Shown: positions 51,001 to 61,357 of the stretch, in pieces
Layout: each line of letters starts with the position of its first letter
Position numbering within the stretch: position 1 is the first letter of the stretch
From: Lingula anatina
Taxonomy: Eukaryota; Animalia; Brachiopoda
Direction of reading: 5' to 3'
Assembly (NCBI GenBank): GCA_051362555.1
Contig: CM120641.1
Location: 31,750,401 to 31,814,400, forward strand
DNA length: 64,000 nucleotides
The notes under the pieces: generated by a model
What the model was told of the DNA's origin: nothing
The model's database searches: none
The model's input: only the letters and a program-made list of their open reading frames with translations
Program-made: the position numbers and the translations under genes

Positions 51001-54000
51001 CTTTGGTTTGGGAGATATTTAGCATTTAATTTTGCAAATTTTGGACAAGGGCGCATTGTAAAGAGAACCACATCTAGATCCTAGCACTGATAAAGCCCAT
51101 GGATGGAGTTGAGATTATATGTGACCCACATACAAGAGATGGATACAGGGGCTCTTGTAGTTCAGGAGGAGAAGAAGTAATGGTGACGTGGTGGCAGATG
51201 ATACCGGTCTGGACTAAAAACCATGTGTACCACCAGTGCCACTCTGGTAGTATAATAAGTAGGTCAAATTTATGACCAACAAATTTCAAGAAAGTGTAGT
51301 TTATAGCTCTTTTATGACTGATTGAGTGATTAATTTGGTTTATCTTTTGGCATGTTGAATGTATTCAAGTCATATAATACAACAATACCTCATTTTCCAC
51401 TTTACTGGCATTTTCCTGGTCTCCCAATCTACAGCGACATGGGAATGCTTGCTGGACACTCATGTCTGAAGTAGAGGAAACAATGGGTTACAAAGATTAT
51501 AAGATATCTGTCTCAGATGATCTACTGGTATACTAATATGGATCTATTTCTGAACTTTAATTTTTTGTCAGTAGATGATAACCATGATTGATAGTAATCA
51601 TCTATTGACAGACATTGCAAATCCAAACTGCATTCAAAAACATATATTTAAAGGGGTCATCTCCTGCCATTTCGAATAAGGAAAGGATTTATCAATATTC
51701 AGCTTTGAATGTGTCTTGTTTCTCTCTCTCTCTCTCACATCAGACATGTATGTATGTATGTATGTATGTATGTATGTATGGGATAAGTGAGAAGTTAAAA
51801 CATTAATATTATACTGCACTAAGTGACCAAAGTTAAAGAATGCTTTAAGACACAAACCCTGAAAATAGGGTAGTTTGCTTTGAAGATCAGAATGACGCTC
51901 ACTATCCAAGATATCTTATATAGGGCTGTTTACAATGTCACTGAGTAACTTATTACTGGCATATACTGATTTTTCCTGATATGGGCCCAGATAATAGAGA
52001 AAATCAAAAATCCAAAAACAACTCTTTCACCAATATTACATTATCAGTAAACTGGCCATACTTTATCTGATGCAGCTAGCATCTTTTGATAGGCCTATAT
52101 ATGACAGATACGCATTGTTGCTTTATGCACCATGTCCACAAAAATCTTAATTACTAGCTAATCATTTTTATTTTATCATTAATATTTAAAAAATATGTAA
52201 TGTTAGAACTTTAAACATAAATTCTTTTTATACTAAACTTGTAACTAGTAAACTGAAAGTTTGTGAGTTGGTTAGTTAATAATAAGAAGTACTTAAAATA
52301 CAACATATACTTATGCAAATTTCAACTGAATAAAAGTGTTTAAATGTAATTGTAAATTTAAATTTCTATGTAGCTCTTACGCTGGCTGACTGGGTCCCAT
52401 CTCCCTCCAAGATAGCCGACTATCTCACTACAGGTCAAGTGACTGTGGAAATCCTGAATATAAGACAATTTTTGGTTAACTATTTTGCCCTTGTCTACAA
52501 AGAAAAATTTGAAATCTGTGAGAGCCATGTAAATATCTTATGGGTTTTAAATCTATGTAATACCTTAAAGGGGAAGCGCCACGGTATATACCAGTTTTCA
52601 AGTTTTAGAAAAACAACACTAGATCTGTATGTTAAAGATGTATTTCAATTGATCACCACCCTATTAATGCTATGATATAAATGATTAGAAGGTAAAAGAG
52701 CATTATAAACACCTACATCAATATGCAAAAATGAAGTGAAAGATCAAGGTCATGTGGTACTGTGAAGTAAAATGAGATGATGAACTGTAGAGCATCAGCT
52801 TAGTAACATACTGAAGTTAAGAAAGGTGTGCTGAACGGTGTCTAATAAAACAATGTAATTCATAGGAGGTAACATAAGCAAGGTCCACTCCGATTAAGTT
52901 TTAGCCAACTACAAAACACATTCCATTTTGCTGAGGGAAAAAAAACATTCTTTTCCAATTCATCATACTTATTACTCTGCAGACTTAAGTCAATTGAAAA
53001 TTATTTATGAACAGAGTTAAATGAACTTTCAGCACATCTAAGCTCTTATCAGGTTTACTGACCAAAAGTAGAAGACAGTTTGAAGAAATGGAAATTGTGA
53101 ATGGCTGGATCCTCCCCTGGGCAGCAAATGTGGAACATTCAACCAAGGTGTTAAGGTCACTGGAATTACAAGGCAGCAAAGCTGTCAAATGTACAGATAA
53201 AAGGCAGAAAATAATAATTCACAAAATTTTAATTATGACAAAAAAACTATATAATTTCCAGAAAAGTTAACCAATAAGACAGGGTTTTAACCAATAAGAC
53301 AGGATTTTCAACTGAAGCCGTATTTTAGTCCTATGTTACCTTTCTGTAAGTTTGAGAAGAGTAAGTGATATGGTTTTCCATTAATGGACAGTATGGGGGC
53401 AGTGCCCACAATAGGATTTTCTTCATTTTTGATGCAATATTACATAATGCTTAACAGCAAAATGACCATCAATTTTAATAAGAAAATAAAAGTATCATGG
53501 ATATTCAAAACATGTGACTAGCAAAAGTCTTCAAGCCCATGGAAGTTCAGTGTCACACCTTGAAAATACCAAAATGTAAACAAGAGATAACTGTGATCAA
53601 ATGAGTTTATTTCCATTTTCAACACCATTTTTTACTTAAAATACTGTTTTTTTTTAAATAATCAATTTACTGTCATTTTTATATGATCAACTAGGAAAAC
53701 TGTTGACATAAGAAAAATGTCAATAGAACAATTTTAAATGTCCTATTTGCTCCAGTCTGAGATTCTGAACATAGTGAATGATTGAATCTGACAAACTGCA
53801 ATGATATGAGTTTATTTCCATTTTTGACACTTTATTACACAATACACAATAACAGGTTTAGCATCGTTTTTATATTATCGACTAACAATATTTTTAAGAT
53901 GCAGAAAATGTCAAAAGAACACTTTACGTATCTAATTAGTTCAATAATGAGACCGTTTACATGCCTAGGAATTTAATCTGAGGAAAAAACACTTATATTC

Positions 54001-57000
54001 AAAAAAGGCATACCTTCATCAAAACTTAACTGATCAAACTTATTTTCGAACTTGATTTGTATTTTAGTAAGACTGGGTTCCCATACTTAGATCGATCCAT
54101 ATATGACCTTCAGTCAGCCATCTGTAGAAATTTTTCCCATGTATGTATAACACAAGTAGTTTAGAGGGCCTGCAAAAATGTACTGAAACATTTTAGTGCT
54201 CAATAAATTATTATATATTATAATTCCTTTGGTTTGGGAGATATTTAACATTTAATTTTGCAAATTTTGGACAAGGGTGCATTGTAATAAGCACCACACC
54301 TAGACCCCAGCTCTGACAAAGCCCAAAATTTACGTGGATCGAGTTGTGATTATATGTGACCTAAATCCAAGAGATGGGTACACAGGCTCTTGTAGTCTAG
54401 GAGGAAAAGTTACATGGCGGTGGAGCTGGCAGAACATGCGTGTAGGGACTAAAATCATGTGTACCAAAATTAGGTTGGTTTTTACATTCAAACCGTATTT
54501 TAGTCCTAAAAATCCATTCTGTAAGTTAGAGAATAAAACCTGATTTACCACTTAAGGTGTTTTATTGATTATACACAAAATACTTTTTTGTCAATTTTGA
54601 TACAATATAACAGAATTCTTAATAGCACAATCACCACCACACTATACATGCAATTTGGGTGGTATTTAGATTTCATTTCAACTACAAAATGGCAATTTTC
54701 TAATTATTGCTCTATGTATTTGGCAATGTATTTCCAGGTTACTTATCATTAAGATATTACAAGTGTCACAAGTTGGTTCACTTTAACACAGGTCACATGT
54801 CAAACTGAGTAACTTACTTATTCTGTCTCTTCTTTCCTAATGAGGAATGTTTAACTGAGATTTTTCTTCCTTCTGCTACATTTTGATGAAGAAAATATGG
54901 AAATGTTAACTATACATCAGCTTATGAAGGCCCTGGCACAATGACTTTCAAATGACATTTCTTTGTCAACAAGCATAATTAAAAATCAGTTTTTTTCTTT
55001 TCTAAAATAGACAAGTAGAACTTATTTCTGTAAAGAAGTGGATTTTTCCATCAACAAGTAAATCCATTTCTTTTTCTTGCTCAAAGTTACAGTCTCCTTC
55101 ATTCCTCCCTCTGTCTCTCTCAACAAGTAAAAGTTAAAAGCAAAAAGTCAAAGTCATCAAATACAAACATCTCACAGTTTGATCTATGTCAGGCAAAGTC
55201 AAATTACCTTCTCCAGTCTTATCTACTTCACTAGTTTTCCTTGTTTTAGCTTTTGATTCTTGGTCCTCAAGTCCGGTCCCATTCTCCTCATTTTCTTCAT
55301 CTTTTACGTCTGAAGATTCCTCTTTATTAAAGGTGGGCTATGCAATAGACAGCAACCATATCAATGTCCATTTTATGCTGGACATTGTCCAGGGAAGGTG
55401 GTATTATCAAAATACCCAAGAAATTGCAATGTGAGTGTTAGTACATTTTAATATGAAGTGGTTCATATGTAAACTTACTGTTGGGAAACTGTTTGGTTTT
55501 TGTCTCCTAAACCAAGTTGTCTTCCAGGCATCCAATTTCCTTCCTTTATATTTTACCTTCAAGATAAAAATACCAATTGTTCAATAAAATCTCTCTAAGG
55601 CTATAATTTGTATTTTTTTAATTATCTGATCCAATTTTATCTAATTATGATTAAGTATCTTTCTCACACAATTTTTTTTATGGGAAATGTTATATCATAC
55701 AGCCAGTCACTTAACAAAAAGGATACTTTTTACTATATTGAAATATGTTATAACATAACTTTCAGTTATTATCTGTCTGTCATGGCACAACTTAAATCCC
55801 ATCATAACTAAAATTATACCATGTCTTGTTATGCCAGGGCTATCCAGTTACTGGTATGCCAATAATAGCAGTTAGCTATCACAAATATATACCGACCGAT
55901 GCCCATCCACATCCCGACTTCTTGGATGGATTGACCATCTTCTTGCAGTGAATGGCCCAAGCACTGGGAGAGTTGAAGGACATTTTGCCCTCTGGCCACC
56001 AAATTTTTCCATTGGGCTGGAGGTCTGCTGAGAACTTTCTACCCTAGAAAAAAAATATTGCTACACTTCATCATAGCTTATTATAGCAGTTGTGACAGTG
56101 TTATTGCTGACACTTAATGTTTTAGAATACTAGACACCCACCTCTGCACTAGTGCTATGTGTATGTGGCATGTGCAAGGTGTGCAGTTCTGATAAAATTG
56201 GGTTATATTCTAACTCGCTTTTAGTCAACCACATACATTTTCAATTTCTCAGCAAATGGAATTTTTTCACAATTCAAAAGACTACATAAATTATAACTTT
56301 TGCACAATTCTAAAAAATTCCATGTCAAGTTTGGGTTGCATTGCTATATAGGAAGATAATTAAAATCTGGAATGTCAGTGTAAATGGTTACATGAAAGAT
56401 AATGAAAAGATAGGCATCTTCTGCCCTTCTGCAAAATTGGAGCTTGCCAAAGACAGAAAAAGGAGTTTACTCTGATTAAATACCTGTCAACAACAACAGG
56501 CTGGATGTACTACTGGTATCAATATTGTTATGCTTTTTATCCTCCCTTAGCGTCCTGGTCTGTACAAGATTTCAAGCTTATAAATTCCAGTGTTTTTCTC
56601 ACCAAAATTTGAGTGAAACTAACACAGATATTTTAATATTTTATTGTTGAAACAACAACCAAGATCGTTCACACATTGGGCATACCTGCAGACATCCTGA
56701 AAATGATTTCAGACTTTTTAAAATAAAACACCACACCACCGCAATGTACTTTTTGATACAGCGTAACTCGAAAACCGCATGGAATACAAAAAAAACAGAG
56801 ACTACCTCCAGTGTTGGGCTTTACATGCTCTACAAAATGCAAAAAAGAATGGGTCTCTAGCATTAACGGTTCCTGAAATTAGAGACAGTTTTCAGTTTAT
56901 GCCCCAAAAGTGTGGAATGGTCTACCAAATTTTATTAGAAAAACAGAAGACTTTGACAATTTTAAATCTCTTTTAAAGACCCACATTTTTAATTCTGTCT

Positions 57001-60000
57001 ATATCTCTTAGATTTTATTATAATATATATATATATGTTTTTTTAATAAGATTGATTTTAAGTAGTGTAAATTTTAAATGGTTTCCAATGAGAGTTTATG
57101 ATTAAAATATTGTAGTCATTTTAATGATTTTAGTATATTAGCCATTATTGTAAGGCGCCTTGAGATAGAATGTAAGGCGCCATATAAGAATCTTATTATT
57201 ATTATTATTTCGGTATCTTATGGCAGCTACTCCCCTGAAAATGCACCGATTGACCCCAAATTCACGGAGATGAAAGATGACCCGAAGGGTAACACTTTCC
57301 AATAATATTATTGGTTAAAGCTGTGTAGTGTCTGAATAACAGCGCAAATAATTTTTTTTTCGTAAAAAATTTCGTTTTTTTGAAAATTTTGGCCCATTTG
57401 ACCTTGAAATAAGGGTCAAAGGTCAAATCCAAGGGCATATTTGAAATCTACACATATGACTTTTGGAAAGCCGTCTGTAGAAATTTTTCCCATAATTCCT
57501 TCCGTAGGGTAGATAATTAGCATTTAATTTTGCCATTTTTGGACAAGGGTGTATTGCAATGAGTGCCACACCTGGACCCCAATACCGACAAAGCCCAAAT
57601 TTTACGTGGAACGAGTTGAGATTATAGGTGACCTAAATCCATGAGGTGGGTATGGAGGCCCTTACCGTCTAGGAGGAGAAGCAGTAATGGTAACATGGCG
57701 GCGGAGCCGGCGGAACGATCCGGACGGGACTAAAACCATGTGTACCGCCAGTGCCACCGCTGGTGGTACAATAAAACACAAAAGGATACAAAATAGGATA
57801 TTGTCAATTCTGATGCAATGATACATTGTGCTTAACTGCAAATGCAACATCAAATTTTAACTATGCACAACAGGTAAAACCGATGCAAGTAAAAGCATAA
57901 GGCTTCAGGCCCATGAGAGTTCAAGTTCATACTAAGAAAATGCCAGAATGAGAAAAATGAAAATTTCACAAAAAAAATTGCATTAATTCAATAAAAAATG
58001 ATAATCCAATAGAGCAGGTTTTCTAATTTGAACTGTATGTCAATTCTAAGAATCATTCTTGTAAGTTAAAAATTAATAAGTAACAGTTTTCTTTTCATGT
58101 TTGTGGTGACAGTGCACCAAGTGGTTTTTTGTCTATTTTGATGAAATATTACATAATGATTAACTGTATAATTACCACCAATTTTTAATAGTCTACTATT
58201 AATAACTTGGACATTTAGTATAAATTTGATTACCACTGGGCTTCATGCCTGTGGAAGTTCGACTGCTTTTCCAACTCAGGCTACATTTAAGTCCTATGTT
58301 TCTTTCCTGTAAGTTTAAGAAAAGTAAGTGACATGGTTTTCCTTCATGGTCACTTTGGAGGCAGTGCCCAAAATGGGGTTTTCTTCATTTTTGATGCAAT
58401 ATTAAATAATGCTCAACAGCATAATGACCAACAATTTTAATAATAAAAAAAAACCATCATAGATATTTTGAAAAGGTGACTGTCACTAGCAAAAGGTCTT
58501 CAAGTCCATGGAAGTTCAAAGTCACACCTTAAAAATGGCAATATGTGAAAATTTTAATTCTAACAAAAACTATATGATTTCCAGAAAAGCAAACCAATAA
58601 GACAGGTTTACCAACTGAAGCTGTATCTTAGTACTATGTTACTTTTCAGTAAGTTTAAGAAGAGTAAGGCCCCATTCAGAATGAAGAGCCAAGTGCTAGC
58701 TTGGCGGGCCTACATGAAAGTAAGACCACTTAATCATGTAATGGTCTCTCCACTTCTCACACGCCTTCCAATGAGTCGTCCCTGCAGGGGCACAGTAATT
58801 AAATCTTGGCTCAATTCCGGTTGAGGGATGACACGTGCGGAGGCGTGTGAGAGGCGTCTGTACATACATAAAAAATTGTAAATGCATTGCAACAGTTCCT
58901 TTGCAATACTTGAGAATGAAATAGATCTTATTTATTTTTGCCATCTCCAAAAGTCGCATGTCACAAGCTATACTGAATATGCATGTGCAAGCATATCCCA
59001 TTTAAGCCAGACTAAAATTTTATATGAAATACAATTGTATTAATGCACATAATGGGAAATTGTGTTATTATTGATGATGTGACAGTTTCTGCAGTATATG
59101 TGGCAATGTGATGTACTCTAAAAGAAGGGATAGCAGGACTGAATTTGGTGTACATGACAAACATTTGTTAGAGGAACAGGAATGAGAGTTTTTAGCCCAC
59201 AAAAATTAATATATAAACAAATCTTCCCTGTTACCAAGACCCCAAATTTACCAGATAATCAATGGACAGCAGTCCCTCCCCTGACTCCACTATTCTATCA
59301 TTCAGTAACATCCCCAGTGTCACCCCTCTCCCTGTGATGGCATGACGGGAATTCTTCCTGTAGGCACCATCTTGGTCCAAGTCTGAGCCATCCTCATCTT
59401 CATCATCTTCTTCATTTTCTGAGATACCTGTCATGGGAGATGATATCTCTTCTTGGGCTGAAAATAAAGTGAAAACCCTTTTCTGTGACAATGTTATATA
59501 TTTGTGAGCATGTTAAAAATATGGGTGCAGGTCTACATCATATGTGCACTTAAAATTATTCAATGTGGCTGCAATTACACCTGTAGCTATATAGAAAGCA
59601 CCATTTTATATTGCATTCTGCTTGGCAACTGCTACTTCAGCCAATGTTAGGAGGTCAAGTTCTACTGCATATGTTCTGGAAGATACATAAGCTTGCACAT
59701 ATACCAACATTGTTTCGAAACAATGGTTATAGCCTGTTGTGGACTTAGATTTATCAGAAAAAGAGCAGAATCAAAAGCAAGGTACTGTACATGTGAACTA
59801 CTTCAACTAGCAAAGTTAATGATTATCATTATTAAATTAGTAAATGAATTTCAAATTATTTGAATAGCAGATACACAGATCAAAGTAACAAAAAACTAGA
59901 ATTTGACAACCTTGAAAACAAGGCAGCAAAGCTGTCAAATATACAGACAAAAAGCAGAAAATGATGATGCACAAAATAGGCTTCTATCAATTCTGATACA

Positions 60001-61072
60001 ATAATACATATCCTTAACAGCAAATTCAACACCAAATTTTAATTATGCACAATAATTAATATGGATATAAGTAAAATGTTTAACTAGCAAAAGGCTTCAG
60101 GCCCATAAAAGTTCTAATTCATACTTGGAAAATGCCAGAATGAGAGTTATGAAAATTTCACACAAAAAATGCATAAATTCAAAAAAATATATATATATAA
60201 TCCAATCAAGCTGGTTTTCCAATATGAGCCGTATGTCAATAATAAGAATCATTCTTGTAAGTTACAAAATAATAAGTAACACTGTTTTCTTTTCATAATG
60301 TTTGTGGTTGGCAGTACACACTGACACAGTAGGATTTTGTCAATTTTGATGTAATATTACATAATGATTAACAGCATAATTACCACTAATTTTTAATTAT
60401 CTACTGTCAATAACATGGACATATAGAAAATTTGATTACTTCATGCCCATGGGAGACTTAAGTCCCAAAGTGTAAATGCCAATATTATGAGAAAAATTCA
60501 TCAAGGTCTGCATTGCTGTAAATGATCCCCGAGATGACCAATAAACATGAATCCTATTCTGAGTTTTATTTTCCATAATGCACAGCTGTAAAACAGACTG
60601 GTACATGTACAATGTATATGTCTGTGTTTGATTTAAGCGCGGTTTGAGTGTCATTTTTTGGCTAAGAATGAGTTTAAAATACACAGCAATGTTTGGAAAC
60701 ACAAAATAGTTTGTCATAATAAGACAAATCCATCACCTTTCACATGAAAGCACCTCCATTGTAATACAACACATACGTATATTTTGACAGACTTTCAAAA
60801 ATGATAACCTATACAGTTTCCCCAGTCAGTGGCAGTGCTGTGGACGATCGACATGCATTTATGCAATATACATTACGTGACATAAGAGTGAACTCATACA
60901 AACTCAATTGAGCTCATTTATGAAAATGTTGGAAAAAATGAAATAATGTACTGAAAAAGTGCTGTAAATTACTGGACAACTACAGAGGGTGCTTACCCAT
61001 TGTATGATGGGGTTTGTGCGTACCCGTCTTTTCGTTCTTTGTTTTGTTCCGGAAATTATGTACGGCAGTCAT
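41968..61072 (-). CDS. MPND: MPN domain-containing protein MPND (RAMA domain + JAMM metalloprotease), about 481 aa (457 aa if started at ATG 61000)
   Basis: 14 GT-AG exons with consistent phase: 61072-60997, 59457-59252, 56043-55897, 55556-55479, 55337-55208, 54875-54818, 53159-53063, 52453-52381, 51465-51389, 49577-49409, 49202-49132, 45919-45830, 42425-42333, 42048-41968. RAMA region TGRGVTLGMLL..GEGLLSIDYLGRKFSADL..FNSPSAWA..NPSKKSGCGWASVKYKGRKLD; MPN region DFHSHLTCSEIVGYLGGRWD..VGWYHSHTTFQADPSLRD; C-terminus DYGMPM..DKLKLSMARKFPKDQ. Confidence 0.93.
42333..42425 (-). CDS. MPND: MPND exon (MLVDYYQDKPDMINFREFW..DKLK)
   Basis: 93 nt, |GTAAGA donor. Confidence 0.9.
45110..45700 (+). mobile_element. 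Penelope-like retroelement RT remnant
   Basis: Frameshifted translation FITVTDHKENF..AKSNIGVSSKQILDRMN..NQWKNTN..FDMAGFY..LLFHKQSPW..CELVG. Confidence 0.7.
45830..45919 (-). CDS. MPND: MPND exon (DYGMPMSMNYSISQDTYIT)
   Basis: 90 nt, |GTGAGA donor. Confidence 0.9.
46277..47830 (-). mobile_element. Degraded HINE-1 copy, with a HINE-2 3' end at 47257
   Basis: CAAGGCAGCAAAGCTGTCAAATG terminus; internal homology. Confidence 0.65.
49132..49202 (-). CDS. MPND: MPND exon (AFWVAPPPE)
   Basis: 71 nt, phase 1-0. Confidence 0.9.
49409..49577 (-). CDS. MPND: MPND exon (JAMM motif VGWYHSH..PSLRD)
   Basis: 169 nt, phase 0-1. Confidence 0.95.
49808..50548. mobile_element. Partial inverted copy of the 8621-10179 element
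   Basis: Reverse-complement homology to 8621-9355, ends GCTACCCCAG. Confidence 0.78.
50560..51252 (-). mobile_element. HINE-2 5' portion
   Basis: Homologous to 38500-39236. Confidence 0.7.
51389..51465 (-). CDS. MPND: MPND exon (AFPCRCRLGD)
   Basis: 77 nt, phase 1-0. Confidence 0.92.
51746..51780. repeat. (ATGT)n microsatellite
   Basis: Direct reading. Confidence 0.9.
52381..52453 (-). CDS. MPND: MPND exon (DFHSHLTCSEIVGYLGGRWD)
   Basis: 73 nt, contains the JAMM catalytic Glu. Confidence 0.93.
53063..53159 (-). CDS. MPND: MPND exon (DLNTLVECSTFAAQGRIQPF)
   Basis: 97 nt, phase 2-0. Confidence 0.92.
53169..54070 (-). mobile_element. HINE-1 3' portion abutting an MPND splice acceptor
   Basis: Terminus CAAGGCAGCAAAGCTGTCAAATGTACAGA at 53169. 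Confidence 0.75.
54818..54875 (-). CDS. MPND: MPND exon (VKHSSLGKK), NAGNAG acceptor
   Basis: 58 nt, phase 1-2, |GTAAGT donor. Confidence 0.8.
55208..55337 (-). CDS. MPND: MPND exon (acidic linker)
   Basis: 130 nt, phase 0-1, G|GTAATT donor. Confidence 0.8.
55479..55556 (-). CDS. MPND: MPND exon (VKYKGRKLDAWKTTWFR)
   Basis: 78 nt, |GTAAGT donor. Confidence 0.9.
55897..56043 (-). CDS. MPND: MPND exon (RAMA domain)
   Basis: GRKFSADLQPNGKI...FNSPSAWAIHCKKMVNPSKKSGCGWAS, 147 nt. Confidence 0.92.
56743..57769 (-). mobile_element. HINE-2 5' portion interrupted by an L2 3' end
   Basis: Near-identical to 38498-39236. Confidence 0.8.
56898..57207 (+). mobile_element. 5'-truncated L2-like LINE 3' end
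   Basis: APKVWNGLP..FKSLLKTHIF end of ORF2, TGTAAGGCGCCTTGAG stem and (ATT)n tail; interrupts the host sequence ttcagtt|tcggtatc. Confidence 0.7.
59252..59457 (-). CDS. MPND: MPND exon (acidic tract, start of RAMA domain)
   Basis: TTTTCAG| acceptor, CTG|GTAAAT donor, TGRGVTLGMLL. Confidence 0.9.
59919..60500 (-). mobile_element. HINE-1 3' portion
   Basis: Same 3' terminus at 59919. Confidence 0.7.
60997..61072 (-). CDS. MPND: MPND first coding exon (start may instead be ATG at 61000)
   Basis: Open frame MTAVHNFRNK...TM, G|GTAAGC donor, phase 1 matches the next exon. Confidence 0.65.
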
Positions 61073-61285
61073 TCTGCATACGCAAAGAAAACAAACCGAA
61101 TACTCTTCAACATATTACTATTACCTACTGGTTTTTACAGTATAATCATAATAAAGATTGAAAATTAAAGCATGAGGCCGAACAGATATTGAAAATTCTT
61201 AATATATCCTCAAAATGAACGATAGCTTTTCAACTCCGTAACACTCACCTTTCAACACCAGCTTACTTCCGTTAGCTTTCGCGAC
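61073..61285. promoter_or_regulatory. Bidirectional promoter / 5' UTR region of MPND and COPS8
   Basis: 213 bp between divergent ATGs; ETS-like ACTTCCG at 61265-61271, E2F-like TTTCGCG at 61277-61283. Confidence 0.65.
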
Positions 61286-61357
61286 ATGCCTTCCGCGATG
61301 ACAACAGTCGAGGAACTTACGCAGCTTGGAAAACAATTAGAAAATCAGGAATTAGAG
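61286..61357 (+). CDS. COPS8: COPS8 exon 1
   Basis: ATG at 61286, GAG|GTAAAC donor. Confidence 0.88.

Noticed and set aside
55020-55120. Purine-rich possible extra MPND exon
   Set aside because: No convincing GT donor (ends ATAAGT), and the flanking exons already join in phase
58780-58795. CTCF-like site CCTGCAGGGGCAC in the MITE core
   Set aside because: One G short of the CCASYAGRKGGC spacing
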